This document shows, piece after piece, positions 1 to 10,344 of a stretch of DNA of 20,305 nucleotides. The stretch is from Bugula neritina (taxonomy: Eukaryota; Animalia; Bryozoa), in the NCBI GenBank assembly GCA_964035545.1, contig CAXIUT010000157.1:1-20305 (forward strand). The letters run 5' to 3'. Within the stretch, counting starts at the first letter, position 1. Each line of letters starts with the position of its first letter. The position numbers and the translations under genes are program-made. The notes beneath the pieces are model-generated. The model was given only the letters and a program-made list of their open reading frames with translations, did not search any database and was not told where the DNA came from.

Positions 1-100
1 CCCAACCCCAACCCCAACCCCAACCCCAACCCCAACCCCAACCCCAACCCCAACCCCAACCCCAACCCCAACCCCAACCCCAACCCCAACCCCAACCCCA
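1..100 (+). repeat. Left telomere, (CCCCAA)n
   Basis: Perfect C4A2 hexamer array at the window start, in the orientation expected for the left end of a ciliate macronuclear chromosome. Confidence 0.97.
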
Positions 101-203
101 TTATTTATTTATCAAATATTGAAATATTTATCTTTATGATTATTTAATAAATCTGTCATTTCAGTCATAATGTTCATTTATAAACTGTTATAACATAAGT
201 TTA

Positions 204-1034
204 ATGCGCAAATCTCCTTCCCCCCGAAAACAAAAAACATCTCCTCTTCCTTCTCGTTCATAATCACCCTCTCATCGATCTCGTTCCCCTCCAAGATCTT
301 CAGGACCTTCTGAACTACTTATTGAAGATAAATTAAGAATCAATAGATAGAAACTCTCCCACACTTTGGATACTTATTCAATGTTAATTAGCTCAAATAA
401 TCCTATTCGTTGTCTAGAACATAATAGTTCTATTTCTATGTATTGTTCTACAGATAATAAACTACTATGTGGTAATTGTATCTTTGAAAAAAATACTCAT
501 AAATTCCATAAAATCACACCTATCGACAAAAGCTACAATCAACTTAAAGAAGACATCAGAGAAATGACATTTTCAGTTGAAAAGTAAGCAATTACTATTG
601 GAAATATTGCATCTATAATTGCCAATAACATATTAACAGAAGAAGCTACAATCTTTCAAACTATCGATCTACTTAACATGAAATATACCTAAACTCAATA
701 AATGCTCAAAGAATGTTTTAGTCATTCAAAATAAAGATTAATAAGAGCTTTAGAAGAAGTTAGAATCAAACAGTAGACAGTAGTACTATAGCTAAACTAT
801 CTTAAAGAAATTTATACTCCAAGAAAATCACTTTCTCTTGCTTATAACTAAAATGATCTTCTTCAATAAATTCTATATGATCATTCAATTTTGAAGACTA
901 TAAACGGGCAAAAAAAGTTTTAAGGAAACGTAGAAAAATACATAAAAACTGAATTAGAACAATTTGCAAATGAATAAATAGTTAAAGTGGATTCTATAAG
1001 AAAAATAATATTAAGTGTATTATAGTATCAATGA
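204..1034 (+). CDS. B-box zinc finger / coiled-coil protein (~276 aa) with S/P/R-rich N-terminus
   Basis: ATG 204 to TGA 1032-1034 is open when TAA/TAG are sense. Contains CLEH-x7-C-x7-CGNC-x6-HKFH (B-box type 2 pattern) followed by a helical, coiled-coil-like region. N-terminus MRKSPSPRKQKTSPLPSRS... Confidence 0.85.
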
Positions 1035-1093
1035 TATTGATGTCTATGAACTCTCTCTGATAGATATGAATAAATAAATAATAAGGATTAAAA

Positions 1094-2034
1094 TCAAAAG
1101 ATTTCATTACTTTTTTGAGGGAACAAAAGACCTTTGAAGATCTCATAAAAGTAGAAATAAATGCCCTTCTGGAAGACTCCTCTCATCAAATTAGCTGTTA
1201 TACCTTTGTAGAATCCTTTTAATCCTTCTTCTCTTGCAGTTCTTAAGAAAAGATCAGATACTCCATTGTATTTTTAAGCTTGACTTTCTCCCACATACTG
1301 GTTTTGCTGAATTCTAGTGCGCATAGTCGTGATCGGGTAGGAGAGAAGGACGGAAAAGATTTTACTAAGACTACCACAGAGGAAGTGTTTCTCATCTAAA
1401 CGACTGGTTGGAATATTGAGTTTTTCATAGAGGAGTTTAGCTCCCTAATAGACATACATCTGCACTACTCCTGAAAAGGAAAGTACCAAACTCAACTGTA
1501 ATCCCTTTAAGAAACCCTTCATCCCATGCTGGCTGTAGATCTCTCCGACCTGTTTCTTGCAATTTCCAAACTAGCTGATACGTTTATTCACATTCAGCAA
1601 CATTCGAGTTTTAACGACCCAAAGAGGTTGAGTAAGGAAGGTGGTCAAGAAGCTAGCTTATATACTGGCAAGAGTGACAGCATCCATTACCTGGTATCCT
1701 CTATTTTGGTATGTATTTTTTCTTGTTTCATAGTTCCAAAAGAAGAAGGCCATAGATGAGCCTTGACAGAGAAGAGAGATATAGAATCCTTTGTAAAGTC
1801 CTTTAAAGCCTTAATTTTTATAGATGCTTTTGAGAGCGTTTTTGATTCCTGTATATTTGGGCACAAGGTTTTGATTTGTATTTTTTCCATCGTGACCTTC
1901 ATGAAGAAATATTTACTTTGGAAACGAGTCTTAATTAGTTATAAAGGATGAACAATGCCAGAGAAATATGTAGCACACATGGAAGCGGCCACATATTTGA
2001 TGGAAAAAATATTAAGTTAGTCTTTTGACGTCAT
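1094..2034 (-). CDS. Mitochondrial carrier (SLC25) protein, folate/FAD carrier-like (~306 aa), one intron
   Basis: ATG 2034, intron 1897-1916, TGA 1094-1096. Three carrier repeats: HPLELIKTRFQ...EGFKGLYKG, QPLWVVKTRM...HGMKGFLKG, YPITTMRTRIQ...EGLKGFYKG. The PLWVVKTR second-repeat motif is typical of SLC25A32/Flx1-type carriers. Confidence 0.92.
1897..1916 (-). other. 20-nt spliceosomal intron (GTAAATATTTCTTCATGAAG)
   Basis: Removal restores the carrier frame (TRFQSHDG...). Confidence 0.9.
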
Positions 2035-2389
2035 AATTGAATAATTTGCGACAGTTCTTACGATTAAAATATTATAAGTTTAAATAGATAGTACAACCAC
2101 TTATATTATCAAATAATCAACACCTTGACAGAATCCATCAGAAATCAATTAACACCCTGCATTCATATTCTTCTCCTGTATTCTCTTATTTTCTCAATCA
2201 ACAATGATTTTTAAATAACTTTTTCGAAAAGAGCTTATGTAGATTTTTTCTATGACATTTAGTCTATTTTTCGAGTTCGATATTTGAATTAGATTTTAAT
2301 TTAGGAGTTGATAATTAGTTAAGATAAATATATCTATGATAATTCTAAAAACATTCGATTAATTTTATTGATTCTATCGATTATCTATC

Positions 2390-3365
2390 ATGTCAATCAA
2401 TCCATAGTTAGACCTCATGCCTATTTGCAAATCAATCCAAAATAAAATGGAGAATTCTCTACTTAATGAGTTAGAACATGTACTAGCACAAACTCATCTG
2501 TTGTAAGATTGTCGACAACAAATCTAGAGGAAACAATTCAATGAATTCAATAACTTTTCATTGTATTTATGCGTTTATAAAGTAATATCACCAATAATTC
2601 AATAGGATGTAATCTATCAACGGAAGAATCGTTTAGAAATCGATTTTCTTAAGAATTTTAAAACTCCATAATTAATTCAGCCATTGAGGAAATTAAAAAT
2701 AATTGCTCCCAAGAGACCTTAGACACAGTCACTAGCTATCTAGTTAACAGCAAAGTTAGATAGTATTAAGATATTAAGGTTTAGTATGATAAAAAAGTTA
2801 AGGAATGTGAAGAATTATCTGTCCTTATCATCATGTAAATACTTCTTTATAAAGAAAACAAAAAGATATCAACTATGTGTAAAGAGATCTTGCTAATTTG
2901 AAAGGAAAATAGTATTTTTTAGATGACTAAAGAAAAAAGAATAAGAAGAAAGCTGATCAATTAGACGTAAAATAAAAAAGAATTCATAATGCTTAAATGT
3001 CCCTTATTTTTAAAGAAAAACTGCATATTTAAGGTAAAAAAAGATATTAAAGACAAAAAGATCTTAACTAATCCCTTATTCGAAAACTAAATCAAATTTA
3101 TAACTAATTGAACAGTCTCTAGGAGTCAATCTTCTCTAAAATGGAAAAAGCAAGTTGTGAATGTCAATCAAACTGTTGGAAACAAGATGTAATGAAAAAA
3201 TGTAAAGATCAGTTAGTTCAGCAAAGGAAGATTCTTCAGTAGGAGTCAGAATAGATCGAAAAAGAATACTAGATTATGAGAAATTTATCATAACAGATGA
3301 AAAAAGTTTTTATCAATGTCCATGCTGAGAATGGAAGCAAAAAAAATGAAGATATAGCTAAATGA
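2390..3365 (+). CDS. Hypothetical coiled-coil protein (~311 aa), two introns
   Basis: ATG 2390; 20-nt GT-AG introns at 2563-2582 and 2835-2854 give a continuous E/K-rich frame to TGA 3363-3365. No recognised domain. Confidence 0.72.
2563..2582 (+). other. 20-nt intron (GTATTTATGCGTTTATAAAG)
   Basis: GT-AG, 20 nt; joins into the natural downstream frame. Confidence 0.7.
2835..2854 (+). other. 20-nt intron (GTAAATACTTCTTTATAAAG)
   Basis: GT-AG, 20 nt; required to reach the terminal coding frame. Confidence 0.75.
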
Positions 3366-3429
3366 TATTTATTATCTGATATTTATTTTGATAATAAGAT
3401 AAATATTTAAAAAGTATAGTGGATAGTAA

Positions 3430-4593
3430 TCATTTATTGATAAACTTTTTGTATTTCTAAATATTTCTTTGAAGAATATTTTCAATAGGACCTAGAAGTC
3501 TTTTAAATTCATTTCTGCCGATTGATAATAATTTACATTTAGTCGTTGTTTTGATGCTTGCCTGTCTGACTGTATTTTTGATCAATGAAATCTCACCAAA
3601 ATATTACTTTTCTTTATATTTAAAGACAACTTATTTCTTTTGTGTTTTAGGATTCATCTTTTATGCAACCAAATTGCCTTCTTTAATGAAATATAGTCGA
3701 TCACCATTTTAACCTTCTTCTACCACATACTCATTAGCCTCAAATATTTATTATTTAAGAGAATCACATAGTTGCTATCGTTCTGAAGCTTATACTTCTG
3801 ATAAAATATCTATTTGTTTTATAATTTATTCGCATTATTGTCTCCTTTTGATTGCTGATTCCTGAACAATATTAGAAAATGTTTGTCGATCTAATCCATA
3901 AATTATTCCTGCTTTTATGCATTTAATAGTCGCAGCTCTTTTCGCATTATACATCAATGATAACTCACCAAAAAGCTCACCTGATTTATAAGTTTTCAGA
4001 TAAGTCTTCATTCCATTTATAACTTTACTACATTCATATTCGCCCTACCCAATAACGTAAAGCATATCACCAGCTTCACCTTATTTAATTATAATTTCTC
4101 CTGTTGAACATTTTTTTGTCTACATAGCCTCAATTACTATTTTCATGTTATCTTCTGAAAGGTTATCAAACATAATAGATTTCATCAGCAAAGATTGAAT
4201 AAAAGAAAATGATCTTTCACTTTTTCTAATAGTTTTAGGCTTAAATTCTACCTTCTTATTAAAAGAACCAAAAACTTCAGCACTGATTCCTTTTCGACTA
4301 TGACTTTATCGATTTTTGTTTTTTCTATCATTGGCTTTTTTAAGCATTGCTTCTTCTTGCTCTTTGCTATAGGCATTTCCTTAACTTGCTTATGATAGCT
4401 CAGTATCACAATTTTTGGCATTTTCCTAAGCTTCTAAATAATGAAGAAATATACATATTTGTTTCTGAGCATACTAGAAGATAAACTTCATGATATTCTA
4501 TGGCTTGGCATCAACTATCGCCTCAACCATAGGTCTTAGTAAAGGATTAACTGTATCGGTGAGATATTTTTTGATCTTCTGATTTTCTTCCAT
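3430..4593 (-). CDS. cAMP-dependent protein kinase regulatory subunit (~380-387 aa)
   Basis: ATG 4593 to TGA 3430-3432. N-terminal docking-like helix (YLTDTVNPLLRPMVEAIVDAKPENIMKFI), inhibitor site SRKGISAEVFG, and two cNMP-binding domains (FGELSLMYNAKRAATI; FGEISLIKNTVRQASI). Possible in-frame 21-nt intron at 4434-4454. Confidence 0.93.
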
Positions 4594-4631
4594 AAATATA
4601 AAAACAAATTATAGAAAATAAATTGACATTA

Positions 4632-6980
4632 TCACTATTTTCGAATATTAGAACTCTTCATTAAAGGCCAATTATCAATTATTTTTGATATTTTCTCTTT
4701 ATTTTCCCTACGAGATACACTTTGCTCACTAAAAGATTCTTATAATCGAGAAATATCTTCAATTAGTCCTTCAAGTCTTTAACCCTAATAGTTGGTTGCT
4801 TTTTTCGTGGAAGTCTTTGATTATTAGATTGAGTTTTTATGAAGTAGATTTAAATAACCAAAAATTTGTTTTTAGTAAGATTGCTTTTCTTCAATCAGTT
4901 TATTCTAACTAAGAATTCTTTGATTCATTTATGATTATATTTATTTGATTTTACTCTAGAGTCTAAATATTTTATGGATCAACTATTCTTTTTCTTTATC
5001 GAATTCTTTTATTCTTTATTTGAGCATCAAGTTACTTTGTTGCAACTCATTACGTTCATTTTGAACTACTTATATTTTTGCCTTCATCTATCTATTTACG
5101 ATGAGTATTTCCTACCTTTCTTTTTAAAAAGAATGTATTTTGCTCAAATCTTGATGATATCTCTCTTGAAATTCATACACTCTTTTTTTCATACTACTAA
5201 GTAGTTCTTTTGATAAAATACTTTCTTCAGATTATTCTTTCAACAATAAACATAATTGTTTATATTGCTCTACTTTATCAATACACTAAGATAACTCTCT
5301 TTTAAGATGACTATTTTATCTCTAAAGATCAGATCGAAAACTATCAGCATTCTAAAATTTTTTGTTTTCAAATAATGATTCTTACAATTTAAGTCTTAAA
5401 GAACCTAATTCAGATCTCAGTTAATTAATAAATCTATCTTTTTGAAGAATTTATTCCAAATGATTTTGCTAACTATGATTCTTCTATCTTTTATACATCT
5501 CTTCTACAGTCATAACTTTTATTTTTAGCCTTTAAATTTATTCCAACAATTATTTTTCTTTAAAATCCCTTTCTATCCTATTTTTAGAGCGATATGATGA
5601 TATTTAAACCGAATTGTCTATTTATCTTTCTTTACTAGAATGATAGTTTGATTTTTGGTTGATACGACTCTCAAGTTAACTTACAATTGATTTTAATCGG
5701 TGTATTTAATCTTTCAAAGGCCTTGTCATTTAAATTCCTTAGCGATTTTCTTCATAAATATGACTTGTAATAAAGGGAACTTCCTTCAAGTTGATCAAAT
5801 TGCTATTATGAGTTTTATTTATCAATTATTATTCTGGTTATTCGATGTATATTTATGATTTTTTAATACTAACATTAGATTTTTGTTTTCTCTATTTTAA
5901 AGATTAAAGATAATGTTCAATAGCAGCTTATTTCTCTTAAAGCAGAATAACTTTTTTAATTAGTTGTTCTAAATGTAAACGAAATTGCTAAAATAATTTT
6001 TAATTCTAATTTACTACCTTTTACTTAAATACCCTTATATTACTATCAAATTGTTCTTTCATCTTTTTGAAGTGAACCTTTTAATGTTATTCATTGATAG
6101 CTATTTTTTCTTCATAGTTAAGAGTCGATAGCTGATATTTTTGTTAGAGCTAACTCAATTGTAATCCTATTTTTTGATATTCTTGTTCAATAATATTTTT
6201 TTGCTGTTGAGATTTGTTGTATTAGTTTGCTAAATTTTTATTAGCTGCAATTATTTTTGATAATTATTGTTAATAATCTGCTTTTTGCTGGTCAATTATC
6301 TTTTTCAATATATTTATCTATGCTAAATAGCGATTATCAACATTTTATTGTATTACTGTGTTATTTTTCTTTTATTTTGTTGAATATTCAACCATTTTTG
6401 ATCCCAAAGTTACCTTAAGTCGATCAATATACTCTTGAAGACTTATATTTTATGATGTCAACCTTTTAACTGTCCTTTGCAATTCCAATAACTCCTTTTC
6501 TTGTTATTATTGACTATTTTATATTTTTTCTTTTACAAATATAGTTTTTCCTTTTCCTTTGTCATTATACAATCTAATAATATTTTTTAATTCTATGATA
6601 ATATCTTATTTTTCTCTTACCTATGTTTGTAGTTGAAAAATCAGTTATTGCTCATGCTGTCTTCCTTAATTTGGAAGCATAGCAGTTGAATGTGCTCTTT
6701 CTTCTGTGAAAAATCTAGATCTAGGCTGTGTTTCTACTATCTGTTGACTCTGAGACTAGCAAATAGCTCTATATGGTTGTGATGTGGTGATTTATATGTT
6801 GTTATTAGGGTCTATGATAGAATACTTAAATTGATTGGCAGGAGTTGGTGGACGGTTGCTTAGAGACTGAGGACTTAACTGCTTACTATTAACAGATAGA
6901 TCGATGGAAGGAATTTGAGCTGGTTATAGTTTAAGGACTAAGTTTTTGAATTTATCATCAATGTTGTTTCTATCAGTCAT
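4632..6980 (-). CDS. Long coiled-coil hypothetical protein (~782 aa)
   Basis: Uninterrupted 2349-nt frame from ATG 6980 to TGA 4632-4634 with TAR as sense. Low-complexity S/P/Q N-terminus, then E/K-rich heptad-like sequence. Confidence 0.85.
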
Positions 6981-7060
6981 CGATAAACTTTTATTGATTT
7001 TATTTATTATAATAGTATTCAATATTTAAATATATTTTCACATATTATTAAATGTCATCA

Positions 7061-7231
<171 letters not shown>

Positions 7232-7269
7232 TTATATTATTAATTTATATCTTCCGCCTCTTATAGTTA

Positions 7270-9457
7270 ATGAGCGACGAACTGCCAGTCAAATTTTACA
7301 GTAATTAAACTCTAATTCAGAACGAGATATCTTATACGCAGTAGAACACAATCATGTAACCATTATCTCAGCATAAACTGGATCAGGAAAAACAACTCGT
7401 ATATTGATCATTATTTAGAACTTCCTCAATTTCTCATTCAAGCTGGCTATACTCTAAGTGATAAAAAATAGCAATAGTATTACCCAGAAAAATAGCTGCC
7501 ATTTCAATAGCTCGAAGAGTTGCTGAAGAACTTGGATGCAATAATGCTGAAATAGCTCATAAAGTAAGATTTAATTCACAAGTAAATTCAAATACAAGAG
7601 TAGTTTTCATGACTGATGGATCTCTAGTTCAAGAATTATATTCAGATCCTTTGCTTTAAGCATATTCAGTTGTTGTCCTTGATGATGTTCATTAAAGATC
7701 TGTAAACTACGATATCTTGTTTAGCTTTCTTAAAAGAATTTTAACTCTGAGAAAGGACTTCAAAGTTATAATAACATCTGCTACTGTTGATACTTAAAGT
7801 ATTGCTAGTTTTTTCACTCTTAGAAGAGAATATAAAAATAACGAAGAGAGTCTCAAAGTCAAAACAGTCAATATAACAGGAAGGCTTCATTAAGTTTATA
7901 TTCACTACTTAAAATAACCAACTAAAAACTATTTTCTTAAAGTTTTTCAGACTATTGTCTACATTGACAGAGAAAAATCTCATGGAAATGTGTTGGTATT
8001 TCTTACTTCAGTTGAATAAATCGAAGGAATGATCAATATGTTGGATTCCTACTCAGTATAGAATAAAAGAAGACTTAAATTGCTACCTCTTCATGCAAAA
8101 TTAGGTTCTTAAGAGCAAAATCGTATTTTTGAAAAGAGTTTTGATAGAAAAATTATACTATCAACCAATATAGCTGAGAGTTCTATCACTATTCCTGATA
8201 TTAAGTTTGTTATAGATTGTGGTTATGTTAAGGTCAAAAGTTTCGATTGGTAAGCGGGAATCGATAAGATGATAGTGGTTCCTTGTGGGAAAAGTAGTTC
8301 CAATCAAAGAGCAGGAAGAGCTGGTCGAGTAACTGACGGATAATGTTTCAGAATCTATCATCAAGAAGGATTCAATAATATGAATGATCGTTTGCCGCCT
8401 GAGATAATGAGAATTGACCTTTCAAATTTTATTCTTAAATTGAAAGGATTGGGAATAGCTGATATTCTTACATTCTAATTTTTAGAAAAACCTGAGGAAG
8501 AACATATAGCTAAAGCTATTGACATTCTTTATGCCTATTAGCTTATTGACTAACATTTTTAATTGACTGAAAAGGGGAAAAAGGCTGCCTAGTTGTCAGT
8601 TGAAATAAGAAATGCCTGTATGTTACTTAACTCTTTTGATGCTAAATTCGGATGTTCTAAATAAATTTTGATGCTTGTGGCAATGTTATAAGTTCAGGGT
8701 GAACTTTTTGCAGGACATGGACTAGGAATCCTGAAAGCTAAGAAGAAAGTTGGAGCCAAATAAGGTGATTTTTTGACTTTGATTAACTTCTTTATCAGAT
8801 TTCACCATGGAAATGTAGGAGATCGTAAAAGAATTTGTGGATAGTACAAATTAAGATTTCCTATTATGGAACAAGCTCTGAAAATCTATGATTAGCTAGC
8901 TGCTCAATTTAAACGTTTTAACAGATTCAAAAATTCAGAAGAGTAAATGTAGTTCAATTTGGATAAGAACCCAAAAGAAAAACATTTTAAGTTAAATCTT
9001 CTCTTGATGAGCATTAAGCCATTCTGAGATGTATTTTGACAGGATATTTTACCAATGTAGCTCAAATACAAGGAGATGGATCTTATTTAAATATAAGATC
9101 AAAATAAAAACTAACCATCCACTCTACTTCTATACTTTCAGTAGTCTATCCTGAGTGGATTATCTATCATCAGATCATTAAAAGTAGTAGTCACTTTATT
9201 CACAATGGAAGTCAAATTGACCTGAATGGATTTTCTAACTTGCCCCAAACTACTATAAAGATAAACGCAAGGATCACGCACAGACTAATTATAAGAAATA
9301 GACAGAGGTATAAAGACCTGAATAGATATATAAAAAAGAACAAAAAGGACTTGTTGAAGTTGGCGGGTCAAAGAAGAAAATTGAAGGTTTTAATACTGCT
9401 GTATTTGGATTCAAAAAGATGAAAAAAGCAACTCTTTCTTTTCAAGAAGATATTTGA
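7270..9457 (+). CDS. DEAH/RHA-family RNA helicase, DHX35-like (~716 aa); two introns and three apparent 1-nt deletions
   Basis: [19 protein letters not shown]..., motif I AETGSGKTTQLPQFL, Ia [53 protein letters not shown]; HA2/OB-fold motifs [35 protein letters not shown]. Introns 7301-7320 and 7399-7418. Frame breaks near 7463-7468, 8985-8990 and 9221. TGA 9455-9457. Confidence 0.9.
7301..7320 (+). other. 20-nt intron (GTAATTAAACTCTAATTCAG)
   Basis: Removal links the conserved LPV motif to ILYAVE. Confidence 0.88.
7399..7418 (+). other. 20-nt intron (GTATATTGATCATTATTTAG)
   Basis: Removal restores the canonical GKTTQLPQFL. Confidence 0.93.
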
Positions 9458-9546
9458 TAAATCTATTGTAATATTTTTATTTAAAAGTTATCTTGTTCAC
9501 ATTGATTTAGTTATTTTTAAATCATTGAATCAATAATAATAATTTA

Positions 9547-10235
9547 ATGTAGAAAAAACACAAAATTATAGATAAAAAAATCTAAATGGGTGAATCACAA
9601 TATCTCATCAAGATGTTTGGAGATCACATCTCGAATGCTAAGTGGCTTAACTTAGAATAAATATAATCTCAATATCCATAGCTTAAAAAATAGATATAAA
9701 GATATGATTAAGAGGTAAGTAGTAGATATAGAATACTGACAAATATATCTAGATAAAATCTGATAAAAAAGTATAGTATTTAACAAAATGGTGACAAAAG
9801 TGCCTAAGTAAAATAGAAGAAAAAAAGAGGTCCAAAACCTAGATTAAGAGATAGACATAAGGCATAAATCTTTTAAAAAGCTAAAATAGATGTGAGAGAA
9901 AAGAACAATAGTTATATAATTCCTTCTGATGATTTAGTATTGAATATAAAAACTTCAGTAAAAATGGAAAGTAATTGGATTTTTGGAGATAAAGTTAAAG
10001 AAGTAATAAAGTTAAAGAAGTACTTTCTAAAACAGAAGGAGAACCATTTTATAAAGTTGTTTGGTAAGATGGATCTGAAACTGGAGTTAGAGAAGATCAG
10101 TTGATTCAAAGAGAAACATAAAATCTTTGTTTATATTGGGAGAAAATGTTGAAAATCAATAGAAAAAGACCAAGAAAAATATAGAATAAGTCAGTTCAAG
10201 AATAAAAAATTAAATCTATAAATCTTGAGTAATGA
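9547..10235 (+). CDS. HP1-like protein: divergent chromodomain, basic hinge, chromoshadow-like domain (~223-229 aa); one frame break
   Basis: N-terminal IIDKKIEMGESQYLIKMFGDHISNAKWLNLEEI resembles the chromo fold. Hinge KKKRGPKPR. C-terminal WIFGDKVKEV...GEPFYKVVWEDGSETGVREDQLIQRETENLCLYWEKML resembles the chromoshadow fold. Frame break at ~10006-10022; TGA 10233-10235. Confidence 0.62.
9989..10022 (+). repeat. Perfect 17-nt tandem duplication (ATAAAGTTAAAGAAGTA x2)
   Basis: 9989-10005 is identical to 10006-10022. Confidence 0.95.
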
Positions 10236-10344
10236 AAAATTCAATGATAGTTTTAAAGGCAATGATATTACTTTTTTATTAATCCACAAATTATGTGAGA
10301 GATACTCAAGTTTTATAACAGATTATTATCAGACAATATTGCTG

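Noticed and set aside
1526-1951. Short ORF-track entries over the carrier gene (1526-1759, 1687-1902, 1763-1951)
   Set aside because: Antisense or out-of-frame shadows of the minus-strand carrier CDS. The same applies to entries at 4974, 8161, 9240, 9912, 11740, 12781, 14010, 15959 and 17750.
2035-2166. 44-codon in-frame upstream extension of the carrier to ATG 2166
   Set aside because: No carrier similarity, and ATG 2034 gives a normal ~306-aa carrier. With a single stop codon, short open extensions are expected by chance.
4434-4454. 21-nt GT-AG segment in the PKA-R gene as a definite intron
   Set aside because: It is in frame and stop-free, so splicing cannot be decided from DNA alone.
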